From a virus (taxonomy: Duplodnaviria > Caudoviricetes): 26,049 nucleotides of DNA. The stretch is from IMG/VR virus record IMGVR_UViG_3300029318_000086, positions 1 through 26,049 of that record; one strand, written 5' to 3'. Both the position numbers and the translations under genes were made by a program. Positions 19,169 through 26,049 of the stretch are shown here, piece after piece. Every line of letters begins with the position of its first letter. Position 1 is the stretch's first letter. The notes below the pieces were generated by a model. The model ran no database searches. It saw nothing but the letters and a program-made list of their open reading frames with translations, and was not told the origin of the DNA.

Positions 19169-22100
19169 CAATTGTAAATGGAACGATCTCTGCACCACTA
19201 ACAATGGTAGTCGATCCATTATAAACTGTGCAACCTTCAAATGTAGTTGCGGTCTTACTAGTGTATTTAATCACTCCAAAATTAGGTGATCCAGATACTG
19301 CCGCATGGAATATATATCCAGATGCAGGGAAGTAAGCAGTACTTGGAACTACGATGTTGCCACCAATAGTTCCTTGTGTAGAACTAATTGTAACAGGATT
19401 TTGAACAGATGGTTTATCTAGGTTAAAGTAGTCACCTGCCTTAGTATAACTAGATTCTGCTCTTTCAGTAAAGTCACCAATAGTGAGTGATGGGAAGTAA
19501 ATTCCAATCTCAAATAGTGAGATGCCAGATACATCTGCAGATCCATCATCCATTAGAATATCAAAGGACTTAATTCTATGTCCAACATTAGTAATCTCAT
19601 AAGTTCCGATGTATGCATTGAAAGCACTGAACTTTCTATTTCGAGCGTAGATTGTATTTCCTGCTCTAGTAATAACAGGATATCCCAGTAGCGGAACTTC
19701 AATCAAATCAACTTCACCATCATGTCCACCTGTTGTATTTCCAGCTCTGATCTTGAGTGGGTCAACAATAAATGCAGACTCTTGGTATCTGTCAACAACA
19801 CCAGTTCCAGGTGGAATTAGTTCGATTTGTCTCTCGACTTTAGTAACATCCATGTCAGGGACTGGAGTTGTTACTTGGAACTGTCTTCTCTTCTCTACTG
19901 GTCTACCATCTGCAACACCAACAGATAGTGTGACAAGTTCGGAATCAGAGGTAATAGATGTAGCACCACCGAATACAACAGATACTGGATCTGGAATCTG
20001 TCTTAAGAATGTTCCTTGTGGCCATGTCTTAGGAGTTGTTCCCAGTTCACCTCTATGAATATAGATGAAACGATCAAACATCGTATCTTCATAACGAATA
20101 ATTTCATCACCAACCATCAAGTAACCTTGTGGTTTGAATCTTGGCATTGCGCTATCACTGATAAAGATGACATAATCAGTGACATCAAGTTCGATATCCA
20201 AGAATGCACCAACCTCAAAGTAGTTGACGTTGGATAGTGCAGTGTTATTAATTACTCCAGTAACCTCGGTAGTAATAACTCTGCTTGTATTCGTGATAGA
20301 ATTCAGAGAAGCAATATCTTGAATCTGTGCATTTAGAACAGATACAGAATCTTGTAATCTTAATGCACCACCTACACCTTCAATCTCAACTGGTTCTGGT
20401 TCGATGTACACAATCTGAGCACCGCCAGGTTGCTCAGAGTCAACTGGCATATCAGATCCACTACCTACAAGATTAGATGTTGGTAATCCAGTAGCTCCAG
20501 TTTGAATCTCTGCTCTAATAACACGATCAGTGTCTGCAGGACTGAGAAGGTCAACAGAACTAAAGGAACTAATATCTGTAAGTCTGTTACCAAGAATATC
20601 AATAGTCGAAACTGTTGTCATACCAGCAGTTTCTATCTGTGGATTGATTCCAACATTGATAATTGATACACCAATGTCTCTGTTGTTTAGAACATCAAAT
20701 CTTCTAGCAACAACAACCTTTGGTGCTTTGGTATATCCAGAACCACCTGCAATCAATTCAACTGCAACAACCTGTCCTTTGCTTACAATGACCTCAGCGA
20801 TAGCACCGCCACCCTCTCCATTTTCAGGAACAAAGTGTAAGACTGGTGGTGTAAAATATTGATATGCAGTTGGTTGTGTGACAGGTTCATAGTTTCTGCG
20901 GTTCCAGGTCAATGAAATTACAGATCCATTTTGAATTTCTGCAATTACAGAAAGACCTTCACCACGAATGACACCACTATATGCACTTACCTCTACTGTT
21001 CCAAACAGAGAGTTGTTTACAGGTTGTTGTGGTCTCTGTTCTTTACTAGATGTTATAGTTGGTAGTTTCTTGATCTTTCTGAAAGATTCTTCACCTTCAA
21101 TACGAACTTGATCATCATTTGATAGACTGATAAATGGTTTCTTATAAGTCTTACCCCAAGAAGTATTCGCCCAATTAGAATTGATAGAATCCTTTAGACT
21201 TAAACGTCCTTCACTATCAAGATCATATGTGACAGTTGAACCACTGGCATCTAATGACACGATAGTAGAAACATTATAATGTCCTTTGACAACAAATGTT
21301 ACATCTGTTCCTTGAATAAGTTCTACTTTAGATCCAAATACTTCTAGATCTAAAGTGTTTCCACTCAAAGAGTAGTTAAGAATCTCACCAATAACATTCT
21401 TAGTTCCGTCTGGTCTTACCTGATATGCATGAATAGGTAAACCTTGATAGATTCCCATCCATCCAGTGCGATCAAATACAAATGTATTTGCTCCAGCAGT
21501 TGTATTGAGAGAAATATTTGCTGTTGCAAAATATGTGTCAGGTGCAAAATCGTAGATGTTTAGAATTTGACCAACGTCTCTACCATAAAGATAACGCATG
21601 TCAATCTTCATTTCTGGTTTCACTGGAAACTTGAAGAAGATGTTTGGTCCAGAGATTTCGTAACTAAATCCTTCTCTCTGTAGAATACCATCTACAAAAA
21701 CATACAAGTATGCAGAATCATCAATAGATTGTACTGTATTGTCTTCCAAATCCAATATAATAAATGGACCAGACTTAATTCCATCGACTAGATCTGGTTG
21801 AATTGTTAGTCTCTTATAGTTACCTACTCCAATACCAGCAACCTTTTCTACAGCAGTAGGTTCACCAATAGTTTTTGCACCCAAATCTTGATCCCAGATA
21901 GGAGGAACATCAAATTTAATGATATTTGGAATTACACTTCTATCAATGTAATATGCATCTTCTAATGGATAAGTTTCTGTATACTTTGGTCTTTGTAATA
22001 CAGCGTTAAGTGTCAAGAATAAATCTTCATCTTCTTCTAGGTTAACATCACTATTATCTTCCCAATAGAGTTCAAATTCTTTTGTTTCACCATCAATATA

Positions 22101-25100
22101 ATCTGGTAGAGTAGGATTAATATTTTGCCCCTCAAGAATATTTTTAATATTACCAAATAGAGAGTCAACAGATGAAATTACTGTTACACACTCAGTATAT
22201 GGTGGTCCAGAAAGACCAGGATCTGGAAGAATAGTGTTATTTGAATATGTTAGAGTAGAAGTGTAGTATCCAGATCTGTTTAGATTTTCCTTAGTCTTAG
22301 GAACTACTCCTCTTCCTACTGTTAGAACAGTATTAACAATATCATGATAAGTATTCAATGTGCTTTCTACTTCTGCACATATAGGAGAGACAGAATCAAC
22401 TACAACATTAGGATCCGTAACAGCTCCTAGATTCTTCATTGCTAAGATTGCTAGATCTCTTGCTTTTGCAAGAGTTGCAATAGTTTCTGTTAGTTGTCCA
22501 GAAATGTAATATAGTTGTTCGCCATATGGATAATCAGCTTTAGTCCAATATAATTGTGCTCCTTCTACAATCTTATAGTTACCACCATACTTAAGGTGAT
22601 AAACATATGCATCAATAAAGAGACCAATATCTCTACCACACTTAGTAGAAAGTGATCCCCAGTTCAATCCAGGATAAGTTGTTTGTGCCCAAGTTAAAGA
22701 TTGAGAAATAATATCTGCACGGTTTGACGCAATTAGATTTGCAGCATCATAAAATGTACCGTTATTGATATTACTTAGAGAGAATGTAGCAATATCAGTT
22801 CCAGAGAATGCTGTAGGAATAGTAACAATAACTCCTGGTGGAAGATTAAATGTATTTCCAGGAGCAATAGCACCAGTGTTTGTAGGAATAGGTCCAGTAG
22901 TTCCTGTGCCACTTAGTAATGTGGTTCCAACTGGAGCTCCACCACCACCAGCAGAGTTTGCTAGTGCTGCATTATTAAGTGTTACTTGTGTTTCACTATC
23001 AATAGATACAATTTTTGTTCCAACTGGATATGTTCTACCAGAACTGACAAACATTCCAACAGTAAGATTTTCTGTATTACTTACAGTCATTTGGAAACTA
23101 CCAGCAAAATAAGATACACCTACATCAGTGTAATCCCAGTTACGAATTGCTAGTTTTGCCAACCTAGTGGCATACTTAAACATTGCAATAGATTCTGTTT
23201 TGTAATTTGCAATATGTAAGTAATCAGTTCCACCACCATTTAAGATGTTTGTGTAATCAACAGATTTAACATTACCACCAAATCTAACATCATGACTTAA
23301 AGCATCTAGAATAAATCCGATATCAGTTTCATATTCATCTTGCCTTACACTCCAGTTTAAATTTGGATATGCTTGTACTGCATAACCAATAGTCTCTTCA
23401 ATAATAAACTGCTTATTTCTTTCAATTTGGTTTGCGGCATCAATCCATGTTCCACCACGTTGGAAAATATTTCTAATCTTTTTAAGATATTTTGTATTAT
23501 ACTGACTGTCTTTGAATGCAAAATATTTTCCATAGAAAACTACACCACCATAAGGTGTTGTTTCTCCATTAGATCCAGTAAGTTTTGTATTATCTCCTAA
23601 AGGTGGTTTGGAGAATACAATATTGTCACCAGATATTGTGTATGCTACTCCTGGTTCTTGTAAGATACCATTGAGACTTACAATAAGACTGTTAACATCT
23701 ACAGGAGTAAATGCAGTGTCTGGAGTTTTAGTTCTTAACTGAAAATTAGTTGATCCTTGTAATCTACCATCAGTATCGATATATCCATCGAATGGATTTT
23801 TTGTCCACCATGGTTTAGCATCAGCAGGATTTGGTGGATTGGTAGTAGCATCGTAGAATCCTGGTGTGTTGTTATAAATTCTAAATTCAAACGCACGGGT
23901 TTCGTTGAAGTTGAATTCAGAAATAGCAGCAGATCCTTGTCCTTTTCTAATTCTGTGATTTTCTACTGTCTGAACTGATTGTGTAATAGTTCTTCTTGTA
24001 TTCTCAACAGTAATCTTATTCTTATTTGGATCCCAAAGTTGAATTACAGTAAAGTGAGATGCCTTTGGAAGCTCTGCTTCCATTTCTGCACTAGCAGAAG
24101 TTTCAATGTCTACTTGACCAAATAGTTTAAATCCAGCAGGGTGTGTTGTAGACTTAATAAGATCACGCCACTCTTCAATTGAAGTTTTAGACTTAACAAC
24201 ATAAGAGTAATCTTGATAGAAGAAACTATCAGTTAATTTTTGATTAGAGACACCTAATTTTCCTTTATCCGAAGTATAGAATCCTAGATTATCATAGAAA
24301 CTTCTAATGTCTGTAGCAAAGTCAGTTACAAATACTTTACTAATAGTTCCAGATGTTTTAGAAACGATACCTTCAATTGATTGGTTCTCTCTAATAATTC
24401 CTGTAACACTCTTAACTTTCAAGAGGTTGGAACCTTTTCTCCATTCAGTAACAACACCAGTCATTACCTCAACATTATTAATTTTCTGAACTACTTTTTC
24501 ACCTCTTAAGAATTCACCATTGTAATTCGTTAGTGAAAATACATAGTTGGATGTAAATGTTGATGCTACTGTGTTATCTAAATGATATGCACCACCATTT
24601 CTAACAATAGAAACAGTTCTAGGTACTCCAATAGAAGAACCCTCTGCATTTAGATCGATTTGACTTTCTACGATTTCAATGTCTGGTGCAAATGTATATC
24701 CTCTACCAGCATTTTTAACTGTAACAGAGAAAATTTCTCCATTTCTAACAACGATATTAAATTCTGCATCAACACCATCACCATTAGTAATAACAACTTT
24801 TGGATTTACATAGTTAGATCCTTTTTCAGTGATGTTAACACCAGTGATTACTTTAGAATCTAGGTCAAACAATGCAGTTGCAGATGCTCTATAAGATTCT
24901 GTTGGGTCAGCACCAACAATGATAGGTGGTTTCTTATAATTCAGTCCAGAATTTGTAATTGCTACTTCATGAATACCACCAATAGCAAATTGTCCTGTAG
25001 TTGTATATGTAATCGTTCCAGAACCATCCCACAGAGGAGTTGAGTCAATTTGATATACAAATCTATTTGGAGTAACGTAAGTAACGTCCTTAGTTCCTTG

Positions 25101-26049
25101 TAGAGGATCTGTTATAATTGAGAAGAAACTATTTTCCGAATCTACAATATTTTTTTGATCAAAGTAGTAGAACTTAGAAAAATCTGTTCTAACTTTTGTC
25201 TGATAATTATTATCTGCCAGTCTAGAACCAAAACCAAACTTGACATCTGTAAATGATCCTGTTGTTCCTGGTAAAATAGTAGATTCTGTTTTCTCTACAG
25301 TAACCAGATTTAAGTTGATACTAGGACTAATATCAAAATATGTTCCAGACAAAGATGAATGAGAAGTATCAAATACGTACTTGTAATATTCTTGGATGTT
25401 AAGATTTGGGTTTACAGAGAAATTGACATTATCTTCAGAAAACTCAAATTTAAATACTAAGTCTGATACAGTATTAATACGAACACCTCTAGCAGGTGTG
25501 CTATTATCAAAGAAATTAGATGATAGAATTACTTCATCTGCATTTAACTTAGTGGTAGAATAATCATAAGAAATAACAATCTTTTGGGTAACAGGATCAT
25601 ACGATACAATAGTTCCAGTATTGTTTGTAGGGAAAATTTCTCTATCTGTAATAAAGTTGTATCTACCATTCTTAAGAATAACTTTTTGACCATCAAAGTG
25701 ATCAATAGCAGAAGATCCTTCCTGTGCTCTATCTACAGTAAATGTGCTTCCATTGATTGCTACAATTTTAAGAACTTCTTCTCCAATAGTAATCAAATCA
25801 TTTACAGCATAATCTAATGGATCATCTACTGTAAGAGAAGTAGATTCTGCGGCAAACCCAACATGTCCAATGTAGACTGTAAATCTAGCGGTAGACTGAG
25901 ATGCTCCAGATCGTACTAGATCAGCATCATCTACACTTAGATAATCACCTCTTGCATATCCAGTTCCAGAATCTTGAATTTGGATACTAGAAACTAGACC
26001 AGCATTAGATACAATGAATGTAGCAGTGGCACCAGTTCCCGATCCGCCA
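19164..26049 (-). CDS. gp7: Giant baseplate wedge initiator, T4 gp7 homologue, 5'-truncated by the window edge (>=2294 aa)
   Basis: The frame stays open from the track's TTG at 25796 to the window end (GGSGTGATATFIVSNAGLVSSIQIQDSGTGY...), so the true start is outside the window. It contains the gp7-family motif DSFFYQDYSYVVKS..IEEWRDLIKSTTHPAGFKLFG (about 24120-24235) and is immediately upstream of gp8. Confidence 0.85.
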   Translation of the reverse strand, partial: GGSGTGATATFIVSNAGLVSSIQIQDSGTGYARGDYLSVDDADLVRSGASQSTARFTVYIGHVGFAAESTSLTVDDPLDYAVNDLITIGEEVLKIVAINGSTFTVDRAQEGSSAIDHFDGQKVILKNGRYNFITDREIFPTNNTGTIVSYDPVTQKIVISYDYSTTKLNADEVILSSNFFDNSTPARGVRINTVSDLVFKFEFSEDNVNFSVNPNLNIQEYYKYVFDTSHSSLSGTYFDISPSINLNLVTVEKTESTILPGTTGSFTDVKFGFGSRLADNNYQTKVRTDFSKFYYFDQKNIVDSENSFFSIITDPLQGTKDVTYVTPNRFVYQIDSTPLWDGSGTITYTTTGQFAIGGIHEVAITNSGLNYKKPPIIVGADPTESYRASATALFDLDSKVITGVNITEKGSNYVNPKVVITNGDGVDAEFNIVVRNGEIFSVTVKNAGRGYTFAPDIEIVESQIDLNAEGSSIGVPRTVSIVRNGGAYHLDNTVASTFTSNYVFSLTNYNGEFLRGEKVVQKINNVEVMTGVVTEWRKGSNLLKVKSVTGIIRENQSIEGIVSKTSGTISKVFVTDFATDIRSFYDNLGFYTSDKGKLGVSNQKLTDSFFYQDYSYVVKSKTSIEEWRDLIKSTTHPAGFKLFGQVDIETSASAEMEAELPKASHFTVIQLWDPNKNKITVENTRRTITQSVQTVENHRIRKGQGSAAISEFNFNETRAFEFRIYNNTPGFYDATTNPPNPADAKPWWTKNPFDGYIDTDGRLQGSTNFQLRTKTPDTAFTPVDVNSLIVSLNGILQEPGVAYTISGDNIVFSKPPLGDNTKLTGSNGETTPYGGVVFYGKYFAFKDSQYNTKYLKKIRNIFQRGGTWIDAANQIERNKQFIIEETIGYAVQAYPNLNWSVRQDEYETDIGFILDALSHDVRFGGNVKSVDYTNILNGGGTDYLHIANYKTESIAMFKYATRLAKLAIRNWDYTDVGVSYFAGSFQMTVSNTENLTVGMFVSSGRTYPVGTKIVSIDSETQVTLNNAALANSAGGGGAPVGTTLLSGTGTTGPIPTNTGAIAPGNTFNLPPGVIVTIPTAFSGTDIATFSLSNINNGTFYDAANLIASNRADIISQSLTWAQTTYPGLNWGSLSTKCGRDIGLFIDAYVYHLKYGGNYKIVEGAQLYWTKADYPYGEQLYYISGQLTETIATLAKARDLAILAMKNLGAVTDPNVVVDSVSPICAEVESTLNTYHDIVNTVLTVGRGVVPKTKENLNRSGYYTSTLTYSNNTILPDPGLSGPPYTECVTVISSVDSLFGNIKNILEGQNINPTLPDYIDGETKEFELYWEDNSDVNLEEDEDLFLTLNAVLQRPKYTETYPLEDAYYIDRSVIPNIIKFDVPPIWDQDLGAKTIGEPTAVEKVAGIGVGNYKRLTIQPDLVDGIKSGPFIILDLEDNTVQSIDDSAYLYVFVDGILQREGFSYEISGPNIFFKFPVKPEMKIDMRYLYGRDVGQILNIYDFAPDTYFATANISLNTTAGANTFVFDRTGWMGIYQGLPIHAYQVRPDGTKNVIGEILNYSLSGNTLDLEVFGSKVELIQGTDVTFVVKGHYNVSTIVSLDASGSTVTYDLDSEGRLSLKDSINSNWANTSWGKTYKKPFISLSNDDQVRIEGEESFRKIKKLPTITSSKEQRPQQPVNNSLFGTVEVSAYSGVIRGEGLSVIAEIQNGSVISLTWNRRNYEPVTQPTAYQYFTPPVLHFVPENGEGGGAIAEVIVSKGQVVAVELIAGGSGYTKAPKVVVARRFDVLNNRDIGVSIINVGINPQIETAGMTTVSTIDILGNRLTDISSFSSVDLLSPADTDRVIRAEIQTGATGLPTSNLVGSGSDMPVDSEQPGGAQIVYIEPEPVEIEGVGGALRLQDSVSVLNAQIQDIASLNSITNTSRVITTEVTGVINNTALSNVNYFEVGAFLDIELDVTDYVIFISDSAMPRFKPQGYLMVGDEIIRYEDTMFDRFIYIHRGELGTTPKTWPQGTFLRQIPDPVSVVFGGATSITSDSELVTLSVGVADGRPVEKRRQFQVTTPVPDMDVTKVERQIELIPPGTGVVDRYQESAFIVDPLKIRAGNTTGGHDGEVDLIEVPLLGYPVITRAGNTIYARNRKFSAFNAYIGTYEITNVGHRIKSFDILMDDGSADVSGISLFEIGIYFPSLTIGDFTERAESSYTKAGDYFNLDKPSVQNPVTISSTQGTIGGNIVVPSTAYFPASGYIFHAAVSGSPNFGVIKYTSKTATTFEGCTVYNGSTTIVSGAEIVPFTID
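21620..23795 (-). repeat. Three Ig-like beta-sandwich repeats in gp7 (DG...F...L-x-[VL]-x-[LV]-[ND]-[GA]-[IV]-LQ...Y...I-x-F-x-x-P)
   Basis: LIVSLNGILQEPGVAYTISGDNIVFSKPP (about 23600-23795), LFLTLNAVLQRPK..NIIKFDVPP (about 21900-22100) and LYVFVDGILQREGFSYEISGPNIFFKFP (about 21620-21790). Confidence 0.75.
22128..23447 (-). repeat. Two alpha-helical phycobiliprotein-like repeats in gp7
   Basis: Copy A: DAANQIERNKQFIIEETIGYAVQAYPNLNW..EYETDIGFILDALSHDVRFGGN..TESIAMFKYATRLAKLAIRN. Copy B: DAANLIASNRADIISQSLTWAQTTYPGLNW..KCGRDIGLFIDAYVYHLKYGGN..TETIATLAKARDLAILAMKN. The repeat is directly visible; the fold assignment is inferred. Confidence 0.75.

Noticed and set aside
2922-19240. Short alternative-frame minus-strand ORFs (2922-3125, 4110-4319, 5451-5672, 7851-8096, 9955-10164, 17990-18178, 18959-19240)
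   Set aside because: They overlap well-supported genes out of frame, have Leu/Val/Met-rich frameshift-like composition, and show no slippery site or family motif.
25794-25796. TTG start assigned to the 2210-aa ORF
   Set aside because: The frame is open and protein-like up to the window end, so the real start lies outside the window.
543-25817. Numerous 60-136 aa plus-strand ORFs in the track
   Set aside because: All are antisense shadows of long minus-strand genes. Their P/V/L/T-rich composition is what reverse-complemented Gly/Thr/Ser/Asn codons produce, and no plus-strand promoters or recognisable motifs were found.
9074-26049. Possible inteins, introns or homing endonucleases explaining the giant ORFs
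   Set aside because: I saw no intein splice-junction blocks, no LAGLIDADG/HNH/GIY-YIG motifs and no frame interruptions. The length is explained by repeated structural modules.
1-26049. CRISPR arrays, tRNA or rRNA genes
   Set aside because: Intergenic gaps are all under 100 nt and are accounted for by promoters and a terminator. No regularly spaced repeats or cloverleaf motifs were seen.

Overview
This is a 26-kb piece of the tail/baseplate (late structural) region of a T4-like myovirus, most likely a marine cyanomyovirus. That assignment is inferred from giant gp7/gp8/VrlC-type orthologues, gene order and TATAAATA late promoters. All real genes are on the minus strand. In transcription order they are: a 5'-truncated giant baseplate wedge protein gp7 (>=2294 aa), gp8 (604 aa), a 2706-aa DUF4815/VrlC-like virion protein, a 71-aa conserved protein, a 1794-aa tail-fibre-like protein, a 166-aa protein, and a 3'-truncated structural protein (>=979 aa) that the ORF track missed. 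T4 late promoters and one intrinsic terminator lie in the intergenic gaps. The most striking signal is three phycobiliprotein-like (globin-fold) helical domains inside two virion proteins. One copy in gp7 keeps Cys residues matching both the beta-84 and beta-155 bilin attachment sites, plus their partner Asp residues. This suggests a possibly bilin-pigmented virion and a possible substrate for phage T-type lyases. The tail-fibre-like protein also carries cupredoxin-like modules, one with a complete His/Cys/His/Met copper ligand set. These domain calls come from manual motif comparison against remembered family sequences and need profile or structure searches to confirm.
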